Shown one piece after another: positions 51,168 through 64,000 of a stretch of DNA of 64,000 bases. How positions within the stretch are numbered: position 1 is the first letter of the stretch; each line of letters opens with the position of its first letter. Below the pieces are notes generated by a model. It saw only the letters and a list, made by a program, of their open reading frames with translations. It did not search any database and was not told the DNA's origin. The stretch is from Amoebidium appalachense. Its lineage: Eukaryota; Protista; Ichthyosporea. Location of the stretch: positions 2,420,231 through 2,484,230 of the forward strand of contig CAVNZM010000009.1 in the NCBI GenBank assembly GCA_963693365.1. The letters are read 5' to 3'. A program made the position numbers and the translations under genes.

Positions 51168-52733
51168 TTTACGCGAACGTAGTTAAGCTCAAACTACTTT
51201 TGAAATTTCCGTACGTATTGGCTGACTTTAGTAGTCCACCGCATGAAGGCAGGTAGCTTTATTATGTATACATACTGTGCATATCGACTAGAGCAAATTG
51301 TAGGTTGCTTCCCCTGTACTTATACCTATCACCTCGTTTATTGTCTTCATGAAGAAGATGAATACATGTTACACTGCGCAGCAACTCTAATACAAAATGA
51401 TATGGTATTGGATGGTCGACCACAGATGATTATCGCGATCGATTGTGTCAGTGACAAAGGCTCAGTGAACATTTCTATACACTGAGAAAATAGAAAGTCC
51501 TTGGAAATTAAAGGTGACTGGTGGCCCGGTAACAATTGCAACATGTGTGGCCACGGGGAGCGCTCATCCTGGCTCATGTACGTTGAGTTTTAATGATTGC
51601 AGAAATTTGCTGCAAGGCCTTGCTTAGAACCCCCATCTTTCCCCCCCCCCCCCCCCCCCCCCCCCTCCCCCGAGTCCCCCCTCCGGGGACCCCTTAGGTT
51701 CCGAGGCCCACTCATTCCATTAATATATTAGTCGGCCTGCATGCATAGCCCAAAGCAGTGCCCCGGCCGGCCGGCGATAGGCTCAGCATTTGGTGGAGAG
51801 TGATTGGCTAACCGTGGTTAAAAGGGGCAGGGCAATAAATGAGGATTGAGGGCATAGGTGTTGACAGCTAGTCAGGCTAATGCTTGCCGGATGATTCGAG
51901 AGGAAAAGGAGTAATAAATCTCATGGCAGAAAAACACCTTGCCGAGCTGGATGTACCGTATTACAATGGTTGGGATGCTGCTTGAGTTTCGTTCGAGCTC
52001 ACAAATTTGAACAGAGGGAGGGAGTGAGGAGCCGCAGTGACTGAGTCAGACTGACAGATTCAAAAGCTTTCGATTGGTGAAGGATCATGCCCTAAAATTA
52101 GCTGAAGTTCGCTGTTACTCATTTTCGTTTTCCAGCAAGGTCCCTGTGTCTGTGTCAGATTGGAAAAGAAAAGGAGAAAGCTGAGATGTTTTTTTCGTAA
52201 GGGGAATAATGAATGTACCGGTTGGAGGGAAATTGAAGGTGAGATAAACACTGTTTTCACGTGGTTTGTAGATGATTGATTTGGAACAGTTTGCGCAAAG
52301 GTTCAAAGAGTTTGACAGTCAGTGGCATGTGTGCTGTGGTTGGTAGGAAAAAGAGGTGATTATTCTTAAAGATTTTCTGGCGTGATGCTGAGGCTAGATC
52401 TTGCTTTGACCGGTGAGGGAGCATTACTCTGTAAATATTCCTACAAATGCTTTGTGATGGGAGCGGCGCCTTTTGGGATAAGACGCCTAAGTTAGCTCCT
52501 CAGTGAACCTCAGAGAAAAGTTCTTGTAACGGGGTTTTTCTTGTTTCAGTTGTTTTCAATTTGTGTTCGTTTCCCTGAGAATTGCTCATGTTGCGAACAG
52601 AGATACCAAGAAGTTGCGAGCACTACCTCGAGTTGGTTTTACTGTCAAGATTCATGCGAGGATTTTTCTGCACCTTCGACGCATCTTCTTCGGGCAGGTT
52701 CGCAAGTTCCAGGAAAGAGCGCACGAGTGAAAA

Positions 52734-53815
52734 ATGAAGAGTTTTGGGACTGAGGTGGCTGCAAGGCGGCGCTCGTTTGGCCGTCAGCCTTCATATGGGA
52801 AGGTGAGAACAGCAAAAGTAATGTTATAAACGCATGATACGGATAATAGTTTTTGTGAGCTTTCAGCTGAAGAATACGCACTCAAACACACACACGCACA
52901 CACTTGGCATACACACAAAACACACACATACACACTTCCACACACACACACAAACGCACACCCGCACACACACACACGAACACACGAACACACACGAACA
53001 CACATACACACGCACACCAAGACACACACACACATAAGCACAAACACGCACACGCACACACGCGCGCCACACACACGCAACACACATGCACACGCACACA
53101 CACACGCACACGCACATGCACACAAAAGCACACAAGCACACTCACCCACAAGCGCGCGCACCTACACACAGGCGCTCACACACACACAAACGACACACAC
53201 GCACAGGAAAAGTCTCGCTCCCTCATACTACAGGGCATGCGGTGTTCTCATTAGAAGCTGCTCAGATCTGAGATCATGATGTCACACCCAAACTTCGCTT
53301 TGCACCCGCGCGTCGAAGTTCGTTTTCCATTCTTTTCTTTTGCCTCTCGTGTGCTTCCCAAGATCTTCGATCTTTTCTGCATGAAAGACAAAAGATTCAG
53401 TTGACGATTTCTTACCTCAACTTGACGATTCAGCTTTTTTTCCCTCGTTCCTCCTTTTCCCTCTTACGGTGCTAATCATAACTCTACGTTTTGTTTTACC
53501 GCTCACCAGCATGGAAGCGACGATCTTCTTGAAGGTGATGACCAACCCATCGTGGCAGACCCCGTTGGTAACACACGTGTCCTTGACTGGCTGCCCACTG
53601 CACGGCCTGTGGTCGAGCCCCAGCATCGGGATGGAGGTATGGGGGTGTCTTCTTCTCCTTCTTTTTAATATATAAACACGTGCGCACCTACAAGCACCAC
53701 GCATGCGCACACATGCATTCATTCTCAATAACATGATAACAATAACACACATGCACACGCACGCATGCCTGCATGCACACGCACACGCACACCTGCACAC
53801 ACGTACGCCTGCCCG

Positions 53816-53847
<32 letters not shown>

Positions 53848-53855
53848 CGCACACG

Positions 53856-53887
<32 letters not shown>

Positions 53888-53928
53888 CGATTTATTAGTA
53901 GATATGTCTAAGCCTTGCTTCACTTGTT

Positions 53929-53959
<31 letters not shown>

Positions 53960-54527
53960 GGGGGGGGGGGAGCCCAGGATATCTAGGAGGCTGATTAAGA
54001 TGGGAAGTTATGGGATTTGGCAAGAGAATGAACGCGAGGGGAAATAGATGGGGGGGGGGGGGGAGGGGGGAGGGGAGGGGGGGGGGGGGGGGAGGGGACA
54101 TAGGTAGTGGAAGGACTGAATGAAGTAGAGGAAGGTAGAAATCCTGGAAACGTTAGCCATGAGCTTTAGGCTCCCCGTGTAAGTGTGTGGGAGAAATGGG
54201 TGTAGCAATCGTTCTTGCACGGAGAATCTCCCCCCCCCCCCCCCCCCCCCCCTTTTTTTATATTGGTATTACCCCCCTCCCCCCCTCCCCCCCCCCCCCC
54301 CCCCCCCCCCTTCCTCTCCTGTGAATGACCGGGGCCTTCTGAGGATGGGCTCTGCTTATGATGTGTATACACTTTTTGTGTTTTTCAATCTGCTTATGTA
54401 GTCCGTCAGAATGTGTGCTTCGTAGTCAGTTAATAAAAACCCCATCCCCCTCTAACATACCCACACAAAGCACCCACACACATACACCGGGAAAAAGAAA
54501 AGAAAAGGAGATAAAAGAAAGAAAGAA

Positions 54528-54558
<31 letters not shown>

Positions 54559-56338
54559 ACCACCAACACCACCAGTTTTCACCCTCTTTGCTCATCCACG
54601 AATTCGTTTTCCCTCTCTAATTTTTAGGCCGGTATTGCTGGCATGGCCCTAACTTAGGACCTTCTAGTGGATGGATTGGGAATTCTTGTTTTGCCTGCCT
54701 CTGTAGATTTAGAGGTTAAAGAAATGTTTATCGTTGCAAACTTTCAACAGTGGAAGAGCACAGCAGCAGTGCATGATTTTTGACCAATAGGGCTGCAGAT
54801 AGCGAGTGGCTGGTGGTGACTGTGCCCAGACCGGAGGGCAAGCTTGCTGCGTCGTTTGGAGTGAAGGTGGGTGCCTGTGAGATATACGTGCCCTTTTCCG
54901 GCTAACTTATTTTCGGGTATTAGCTTTTTTTTTTTTTTTTTTTTTTTTTGAGGGGTTCGGCTATTCGGTTCCTATATCTCCGGGTTTACGGGGATGCCTT
55001 TTGGGTTGGTCTTGCTCGTTTCCCACATACTGTACCCTTACGTTTTGTTTTATGAGGAGTTGCTTGTGTGCTGGTATTCTTTGCTATGGTGGTGGTGGTG
55101 AGTTTGTGTGTGGGGGGTTGGCGTGTGGGGTTGGCGGGCGAAAGACGGGTGAGGCTCCATACAGGCTTGTTTGGGTGTACGATCAGCTAACTGCAAATGC
55201 AGCAACAACTGTGGTCTGAAATTGGGGAGGGAGGTGGTTTTTTTTTTGTTTTTTTTTGTTTGTTTTTTTTGTGGGGGGGGGGGGGGGGGGGGGGGGGGGG
55301 AGGGGGGGGGGGTATAGGGAGGAAGGGAAGGGAATGAACTCTCAAAATAATGACCACTGAAGACGTGATATGGGAGTTTTGGAGCCGCTGTAATCTGGAA
55401 TATGAAACAGACTTTCAGCTAGGATGGTGTGTTTTATGCATGTGTTTTCTAGGCTGTGAGTGGTGTATGAGGTTCAGACCAACATGAGTGCACATTTGCG
55501 GCCGGGTAGGCATATCCCCATGACCTTGGGTGGGTGGGTGGGTAGGTGGGTGGGTAGGGTGGGTGAGTGAATGTGTGTGTGTGTGCGTGCGAGTGTGTGT
55601 GCGTGGGTGCGTGGGTGCGTGGGTGCGTGCGTGCGTGTATTTGGGGGAGGGCGGGGGGAGAGAGGGTGTGTGTGTGTTGGGGGGGGGGGGGGGGGGGGGG
55701 GGGGGCACCCAGGGGACCACGGATAAGGGGGGAGGGGGGAGAGTGAGTGTATGTGTGTGTGGGGGGAGGGGAGGGGGGGGGGGAGGGGGGAGGAGGGATT
55801 TTTTGGTTGTGAGGAAGAGGGGATGATTGCGGTCAGGTTTTAAAGTTATGAGAAATTTTTGGAATGCAAGGGAAGGGGTGGGGTGCTTTTCCGTGTATGT
55901 AGAAGGACCTGAGTTGGGTGGGTGGTAGGGGTGTTGCCGCAAGTAATACCGAGAGCCTGTGAAGGTGTTGGGATGAGAAGGGGAAAAGATGAGAGAGGGA
56001 AGGGTGCTGGTAGATTCATGATCGATTGCCAACGGTGGGAACGGAAGGTGAAGATTCGATTTGAAACGGTACGGAAGGTGAAAATTCGATTTGAAACTTA
56101 CACGTGGTGATGCAGTTTGCATGTGCGAGTGAGAGCCATGAGGGTGTGGTGGTGGTCGAGAGGCTGTTCCATGAGTGCCCCGCAGAGAAGGCTGGACTCA
56201 AGGTGAAGATATCTCTTTTCCCCTCTCCCCCCCCACCACCACCACCGCAAAAAAAAAAAAAAGAAAGAAAGGGGAAAAAAAAAGCAAAAAAAAAAAAAAC
56301 TTGAATGCACGCACGCAAACGCATTGTGCGCGCACGCG

Positions 56339-56385
<47 letters not shown>

Positions 56386-57432
56386 GCACACACACGCACG
56401 CACACACACACGCACATATACACGGTTTATCTGTTTATGCCACCCCTCTCCCCCCGTCCCCCCGCCCGCCCGATCGCTGCCCTCCTCTCCTTTCCCCTTT
56501 CCCCCCATTATCACCACTTCTCCCGCATCCCAATTCTCTACCCACCACCACCACCACCACCCACCCGGCATACCAGGCATACTCGGCACCCACTCGCACG
56601 CCACCCATGTACATGACTTCACATTCTCTCTGCCCTTCTCCTTTCGGTGGGCAAGGAAGAGGCTGTGGCTATAGTCGGCCATACTAGGCAGCACAGTTTT
56701 GACCTTTGTAACCATGGACACATTATCAATGTTCACTTTGTGTCACCCAATAGAAACGATTGAATGTGTAAGTGAATCAACTTTTAAACTCGGTGCCGAT
56801 GTGGTGATGCCGCCCTTTCCATGGCCGCTTAAACCAACCACCGCATCTCCCATTTTAGACAAAACCGAGGTTGATCCGACCGAGGATTCCAAATTGCCCT
56901 GGCGCCGCCTAAGAAATTATCGAACTTATCAAACGATTGAGGGAGTGACGTCATTCTGGGGAAAAGTGTTCAGAGCCTTACGGGGCAGGGGTAGGCAATA
57001 CTACCAGAGAAGATGAGTCCGGGGGGGGGGGGGGGGGGGAGGGGGGGGGGGTTTACGAAATGGGACTGTGTGTGTCGGTGGTGATGGGTGGTTGTTTGGC
57101 TACTTATTGGGTCAAGTGGGTTGCATTGGGCTTTCTTTTCTTTTTTTTTTGCCTCTTGGGGGGAGGGGGGGGAGGCGGGGAGCTCCTCGAGGGGGACACC
57201 CGAGGGGAGGGGGTGGAGGGGGGGGGGGGGGGGGGGGGGGAGGGGACGGGGGGGAGGGGGGAGGGGGGAGGGGGGAGAGGGATAAGTGAATGATAAGACC
57301 GGCGATTATGTTTCATGGCTCACGATGATATATTCGCATGCGCTGAGTCAGTCTCCGACAGTGGGAGGGGTGGGGGTCTGAAAGCCCCAAGGAGGGAGAG
57401 GGGTGGGGTTTGTTGTTGTTTTTCAAGGATTT

Positions 57433-57465
<33 letters not shown>

Positions 57466-57579
57466 GGGGGGAGGGGGGGGTATTTCTACACAGTGTGTGT
57501 GTGCGTCCGGCGTGTGGGTGTGTCTGTGTGTAGTTAGTGGTGTTCGTGGTTGGTGGTGGTGGTGGTATGTGTGACAGCA

Positions 57580-57613
<34 letters not shown>

Positions 57614-57880
57614 TAATGCAATCAGTATGATCATGATTATGGGTTTGAGTATGTGCTATTGACGTACGAACCGTAGTTTTGATGCTAGCGATACCACTTC
57701 AGTCCTGTTAACACACAGTTTTTTTTTTATTTGCAGGTGGGGGATGAGATTGCAGAGGTGAACGGTGAGGAGGTGCGCAATGCAGCAAAGGCCAAAGGGC
57801 TGATGGATAGGTCCCCAAGAGACACCGTGCTGGTCGTTAGGCGCCGCAAGGGGAATCCACAGGGTGTGCAGGCACAGTGA
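52734..57880 (+). CDS. Small protein with a C-terminal PDZ domain (3' exons secure, 5' exons tentative)
   Basis: Exons 54799-54866, 56116-56202 and 57737-57880 give EWLVVTVPRPEGKLAASFGVKFACASESHEGVVVVERLFHECPAEKAGLKVGDEIAEVNGEEVRNAAKAKGLMDRSPRDTVLVVRRRK, with the PDZ hallmarks PA..AGLKVGDEI.EVNG. Phase-compatible upstream exons 52734-52802 and 53510-53636 are tentative. Confidence 0.75.
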
Positions 57881-58413
57881 GTGGATATTCCGGGGATTTT
57901 TGATATGGGAAAACGGATATGTGATTACGCTGCCAGACATCCTGATATTTCAACGGTACTAGTTGGCATGATGTTTTTCAAGTTACGGGGCTTTTATCAG
58001 CTTTTATTTTGGTTCAGAGGTTGAACTCTGTTAGACATCTTACATCGTATTTGCGTTTTGTGCTACAAATGATGCCGTGCATATTTTGAGTTGCCACTAG
58101 ACAGTTAAACTGTTTATCGAATGATGTCCATTTAACCGTATACATAACCGGCAGATAGATGCATACTTCTGGGATTTCCGGTGTTATTCGGCACGACTTG
58201 GTGCACAGGCAAAACACGTGTGAAAAATTACGGCTCTGCAAACTCCGGATCAAAAACTTTGGCTCCGGGTAACCCACAAATGTAAAGAATATTATGGTGT
58301 ATGAAACCGTTAATTGCGTTTCGGATTTGTTAAAGTATTCTATTTTTAAGACTCTGTTTCATGACGCTAAACGGTCTCACACGTGCACACACACACACAC
58401 ACGTGTGATTCTT

Positions 58414-58477
<64 letters not shown>

Positions 58478-58886
58478 CACTGGGACGCACGCACGCGCGC
58501 ACACACACACACGCACACACACACGCACACACACACACACATATGTGACACACACACAAACTATTGCAATGCTCGAGTTGTTTTCCTGGGCATCTGCTGG
58601 ACCAGGTACCATAGCGCTAGATATATGTCTGATCCCAAGCCATGCAGCTAGTGAATATTATACTCGGACCCTTAATAGAATCGGATATATTTGCAGAGTG
58701 TCAGTGTTGTGCATTCGGCTAAGTTAGCCCGGCCCATTTGTATATGCAACTGATTTTTCCGGCAAATTTGGTACCCTCCCTTATTGTCAACACTGCAGGG
58801 CAATCTATCTTATTTTATCAATGCGTGTTCTTGTCAATTATAAAGGTCTTTACCTGAGGCTCCTTCGGAGTCCCCCATATGCGAAG

Positions 58887-58921
<35 letters not shown>

Positions 58922-58923
58922 TT

Positions 58924-59027
58924 GAGGATGGGCTCTGCATATTATGCATGCTATTTGTGTATGGTTTGCACTCTGCATCGTGTTATCCGTCGTTTACTGT
59001 GTACTTCGTACTTTATGACGCATCCAA
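58924..59027 (+). repeat. ~105-bp dispersed repeat family flanked by poly(C) (closest match to the 39560 copy)
   Basis: gaggatgggctctgcatattatgcatgctatttgtgtatggtttgcactctgcatcgtgttatccg...tgtgtacttcgtactttatgacgcatccaa between two C-runs. Confidence 0.85.
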
Positions 59028-59207
59028 CCCCCCCCCCCCCCCCCCCCCCCCCCCACCCCAAACACACACACGTACAAAGTGACTGTCTTGAGAGCTCTCA
59101 GTTCATTTGAACTCGATATTCAGCACAAACTGCCTGTTGGTGGGGATCGGCTCCAAGCCAACCTGAGCTCTCAATCTCCTAGTCGACCCTCTCAGCTCCC
59201 TCTTCCG

Positions 59208-59246
<39 letters not shown>

Positions 59247-59377
59247 AGGCCTCTCTCCCCCTCTCTCTCTCTACCTCTCTCTCTCCCCCCTCTCCCCGGC
59301 CCGGATCGATATCCCCTCCCCGGCGCCCCGCCCTCTGTGCTCTCTGGGTCTCCCTTTCTAGAGTTACGGATCCTCCC

Positions 59378-59427
<50 letters not shown>

Positions 59428-59724
59428 GGGGCCTCCGCCATTTTCAGAGTCCTCGTCCCCCCCCCTCTCTCTCTTTCTCTCTGCTGGGCAGCTGTATGTA
59501 TCTCGATTATCTCTCCGGGTCGGATCAGATTCCCTAGATCTCTGAGACTCATATGCATAGGTAATTTCTATTGATAGGCTCTCCGGATCCGGACATGATA
59601 CCGTGACATCTCATCGAGAAGACATTCTAAATCTTCTCTTTAGATCTCTGTATACTGTAGATCTTTCGAGGCTCTCTCCCTCTCTGCCTCTCCCCCCTCT
59701 CCCTCCCTCCCTCCTTCCATCCCT

Positions 59725-59794
<70 letters not shown>

Positions 59795-60191
59795 CTCCCA
59801 CCCCTCCCCCACCCCCCCTCCCTCTCTCTCTCCCTCCCCCTCCCTCTCTCCCTCTCCCTCTCCCTCTCTGTCTCTCTCTCCCTCCCCCTTCTCTGTCAGG
59901 CTCTTTCTCGAGGAGCCAGGCTGAGTCTTTCGAGTTCTCTCTCTCTTTCTCTCTCTCTCTCTCGCTCGCATGCACACCCACCCACCCACGTCCGACCCAC
60001 ACACACATGTACACACCCACACCCACCCACACACACACAACCACCCACCCACCCACCCACCCACACTCTCTCCCTCTCCCTCCCTCTCCTCTCGAGCTCC
60101 CCCCCTCGAGCTCTCTCTCTCCCCCGACCCCTCCCCCCTTGCTCTCTCGTCTCTCCTTTGATCGCTCTCTATGCACCTCGAGATCTCTCTC

Positions 60192-60248
<57 letters not shown>

Positions 60249-60644
60249 CCCCTCTCTCTTTCTCCCCCCTCTCTCACTCAGAACTCTATCTCTCCCTCTA
60301 CTGCTGAGTCTCTCTCTCTCTCTCTTCCCCCCTCCTCCGGGCCCCCCTTCTCTCACTCTGAGACTCCCTGCAGAGTCTCTCTCTGTGTGTGCACACGTGT
60401 GTGTGTGTTACGCGTACGCGTGTGTACATGTGTGTGTGTGTGTGTGTGTGTGTACAGTTCGCACGTATGATTCACGTGTTCACATCCCCCCCCCCCCCCC
60501 CCCCCCCCCCCCCAAACCCCCGCCGCCACGCTTGAAGTTGTCCCCCCACATATTGGGCGAGGCTCTGACCCATGCCATCCCGTGACGCTGCGCATGCATG
60601 CGCAGGGCGCGGCCACCGCTGAGAGTCCGAAGCATATATATATA

Positions 60645-60700
60645 TGGGGTTTACGCTGTTTACTCGAGGCAAAGAGAAACCAGTCTCAGGTATGGGGGGG
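60645..60700 (-). repeat. Right copy of a perfect 56-bp inverted repeat
   Basis: tggggtttacgctgtttactcgaggcaaagagaaaccagtctcaggtatggggggg. Confidence 0.95.
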
Positions 60701-60838
60701 TTTTTGCTCGGAATATCCCCTCAGCGGTATATCATGATCACGTACATAGATGTCGGGTGATGACTATATATCAGGGTTTACTTTCTCTACGAGACACCAT
60801 AAAGACTACAAGGAGAAATCAATTAGTTGGGGTTCCCC

Positions 60839-60839
<1 letters not shown>

Positions 60840-60885
<46 letters not shown>

Positions 60886-60916
60886 GGGCTCCCCTGGGGC
60901 ACTCGGTATCAGCTGG

Positions 60917-60963
<47 letters not shown>

Positions 60964-62240
60964 TGTGTGTGTGTGCGCGTGCGCTAGAATTTTGTAGTGA
61001 TGTGTTTCTCAAGCCAATCAATACATCTAATAAACAGGTCGTAGTTACGCGTGCTTAGCATAAAATCAAGGATGTTGTAATTTTCAGGTAGGCTATCTTT
61101 CTGGGTGTCTGTTGTGAATGTGACGTGTGTGTGTTGCGGTATTATGTGGTCTATCAAACTACATTTGGCGATACATGACCGGTTAAACTGGTGTGTGTGT
61201 GTGTTGTTTGGGCATGCAAATGACGCCACCTTATACTTATTAGATCTCCACTGTATAGCACGTGTACAGTAAAAGCGTGGTAATTGATCAATAATACCAT
61301 CAGCTAGAGAAAGACCAGTTCTACAGGAAGGTAATATGTATTTAGGTGTTATACATTTGCGAGTGCCATATTTGGCAATATGGTTGAGGCGGTCAGTATA
61401 TATAAAACGAGACATAGGGCTTAGTTTTTCAAGGTGTATGCTTTCATCGGGTCTAGTGTCGTGTGGTATCTTTTTCCATTTGTTATATTGCGTGATTATC
61501 TTGTGATTGTGTACATGTTTAATAAGTAAGTGGCAGTCCAAAGTCACACACACACTATTGCGGGGTTTATTTGTATTTGTGCCCAGGGGAGAAGGGGAGA
61601 GAGAGGGAAGGAAAGAGGGGAGAGGTGAGGAGGGGACAGGTCGGATAGAGAAGAGAGGGTGGGAGGGCAAATACTTCTTTAAGCGGCTTATGTGCTTATT
61701 GAATTTCAGCGCGAGATAGGATACTCTAGCAGCTATTGGGACCAGACCATATATCGAGAGCGTTACAGGCCCAGGTTTACAACAGTTGTCAGATAGAAAG
61801 GAGGCAACTTCTGCTTCAAGGAAATTTGCCAAGGGTTTAAGCGCTCTAGTTCTCTCTTTCTTGATCCAAGCGGCGAGAAGGGGTAAACCATATTCAGATG
61901 CCGGGAAGACAAAAGTGCGAATAAATGTAAGTCTAATAGAAGGATGGAGGGGTGTGTCTTTAAAAATATTAGCCGAGAAGAAAGCTAACCGCTTACGAGC
62001 CAACTCTACCCTCTTTTCGACCATATGGGGAAACATAACACCAACAGAATCAACCGGAACACCAAGATATTTGTATTCTGGAACTATAGGTACAGGTTTA
62101 GATGATAATGTAAATGTGTGTAAATTGTTGGCTATATCAGGTACAAGAACACCACATTTGTCTATGTTAAGGATCATAAGGTTTGCCTTGCACCATATAT
62201 ATCCATGGTGCAAGAATGGTTCAAGATCAGTAGCGTAAGC
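60840..62240 (-). mobile_element. 5'-truncated non-LTR (LINE-like) retrotransposon with poly(A) tail
   Basis: Minus-strand ORF 62282-60984 encodes late RT/thumb motifs WCKANLMILNIDKC and YKYLGVP and a C-terminal Cys/His region (AIQWRSN..CPNN..FNRSCIAKC..ILDFML). There is no YADD, so it is truncated. A short 3' UTR is followed by a T run at 60840-60881, which is poly(A) on the element strand. No target-site duplication was found. Confidence 0.88.
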
Positions 62241-62295
62241 ACGTGACCTGGCACACCTGTGTCTGTCTGTGACACGGTGCAATGCGCATGCATGT

Positions 62296-62393
62296 CATGA
62301 CTCCGTCGAGTCACGGCCATCTAATGACTCCGAGTCACGGCCATCTAGAAACACTTTCTAGATGGCTCTAGATGGCCGTGCTCCGAGTCCATG
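62296..62393. repeat. Compound palindrome/hairpin next to the LINE 5' breakpoint
   Basis: Perfect 12-bp stem gccatctagaaa-cac-tttctagatggc (62340-62366), with duplicated atgactcc(gtc)gagtcacggccatcta on the left and tctagatggccgtgctccgagtccatg on the right. Confidence 0.85.
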
Positions 62394-64000
62394 CATCAAC
62401 CCAAGCTCTTGGTCTAAACTTTCCAAATATGGCATGTGCACTAAATAAGTGCACTTGCACATTGTGCAGTGCACTGCGTGGCAGTGCTTTGACCAATCAG
62501 CAGGCACTGTGGCACATCGATGCTAAAGCAGGCTGGTCAAAACACCCAACACCCACACATTTGCATCCGGACCCCAACTTCAAATTTGTTTCTTCCTATG
62601 AATTTTTTTTTCTTCTTTTGACTGGATTTATTCGACGGAAAGATATGCAAGTATGCACGGCATACTGAGAAGACAATAAAAACTTCACGAGTTATCCAGT
62701 AACAAGTGCATACTGAGATACCTGAACACTGTGTGAAAATCATATAAATACTCAATGTGACGACCAACAGAATTCAACAAAAAGACTGAGTGATCACCTT
62801 GCCAGCCAGTGTAGCAGACACCCGAAAATAGTGAAATATAAGAATGATTATCTCTCCTGTAAACTGCAAAAACACTTGATTCCAATGAATCATTTTTAAC
62901 TACAGAGCATATTTCATGTATAAAGGTAAATAAAACCATTGATGTTTATGTTGCCCGTGTAAAGTTTCAAAAATTTGAATCAAACTAGGAATTTTCGTTT
63001 ACTATTTGTTGGCGTGAAATTGTAAATCTTGGGGGCTCAGAGTGCGCAAGATCGGAACAGCGAGATGATTGGTGAACACTTTAAATTAACAGCCTGGTAT
63101 GAGCCGCCACAGCGGAAACACTCACAGCTTTCGAAAACGGGGGTTTTTTCGGCACGTGCCCCAACATTCACGTTGGAAACCTCATTAGTATCCAGACCCC
63201 GAACTTTGAGCTTTACTTTTTACATATGTTTACAATATGGTGTAGCAAAATAAAAGTATGTAATATACCAGAATCTGATTGTATGTCCTGTTGCGGTTGC
63301 CACGCTTCCTCTGGTTTGGGCACCTCGAGCACAATTCCGACGATTTGCAGAAATTTTCACAGGGCGAAAAAAGCGAGATATATTGGACACCTTGAGTAAA
63401 ATGCCATGGTAGATCGCAACCATATGTATATACATTAGGAAACCATAACAAGGCATATGACAGATGAGAACACAACACTTTCGGGCGCTAATCAAATAAA
63501 AAAGATGGAGAGGGTAAGGTCCTCTCGCTTGCTATATTTAATTATCGCCCGGAACAAAAGGTTGTGTGGTTATAATAGCTCATACCTGAACAGGTATGCA
63601 TTTGCCTCCAATATAGATATACATCTAGATCTTTGTCATCGGTCATATCAGTACGCGCAGTGTGACACTGTGTAGGCAGTTAGAGCTTAGAACTACCCAA
63701 GTGACAGCCAAGGGACCTACATTGTAAATTCAGGTTGCTATTCAATAAAATAACATTCATAATCGTAATAATTTGCCCGTGTACATGCATAATGCTTCAA
63801 TTCTTGGGCTAGCGAATCTTATTCCGTCATTTTCGTGGGATATATTTTGAATTCTTTTATATTAGAGACTCGTCTATTTTCTCTACAATCGTTATGTAAA
63901 TTAGCTACTTATATTCATCCTTCCTCTCGTAAATCTACCACACTTGCCGATTTTGCCATTCTAACCCCTTCGTGTGATATTGCTTGGAAATGTTTATTTT

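Noticed and set aside
56699-57016. 105-aa non-repetitive ORF inside a PDZ-gene intron
   Set aside because: It overlaps a dispersed repeat whose other copy has a stop in the same frame, and it has no recognisable domain.
49230-60700. Assignment of the inverted repeats to piggyBac because of the CCC termini
   Set aside because: There is no TTAA duplication (flanks are ataa and tttt) and no transposase.

Overview
Eukaryotic genomic DNA, probably from a unicellular opisthokont (inference from gene content). It is extremely rich in poly(C)/poly(G), (CA)n and (CT)n tracts, so almost all ORFs in the supplied track are microsatellite artefacts. Manual splicing (GT-AG, exon phases checked) recovers five multi-exon genes: an ALKBH2/3-type AlkB dioxygenase (+, 666-5700), a plant/fungal-type glutamate decarboxylase (+, 7755-13520), a 19-exon Lec1/Ypr097w-like (PXB + DUF3818) protein that appears to lack the PX domain and carries a C-terminal MABP-like beta-prism instead (-, 15981-34954), dynactin subunit 3 (+, 37743-43179) and a small PDZ protein (+, ~52734-57880). 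There are also two intronless genes (an acidic C2H2 zinc-finger protein and a frameshifted AAAP amino-acid transporter) and a 5'-truncated poly(A)-tailed non-LTR retrotransposon. Notable non-coding structure: a perfect 56-bp inverted repeat pair 11.4 kb apart that encloses the transporter and PDZ genes; a ~105-bp poly(C)-flanked dispersed element (6 copies); tandem duplications of exon/intron junctions in which most copied donors are mutated; and an unusual intron grammar (C-tracts after donors, (CA)n or poly(A) instead of a polypyrimidine tract before acceptors). Family assignments come from motif recognition from memory, not from database searches.
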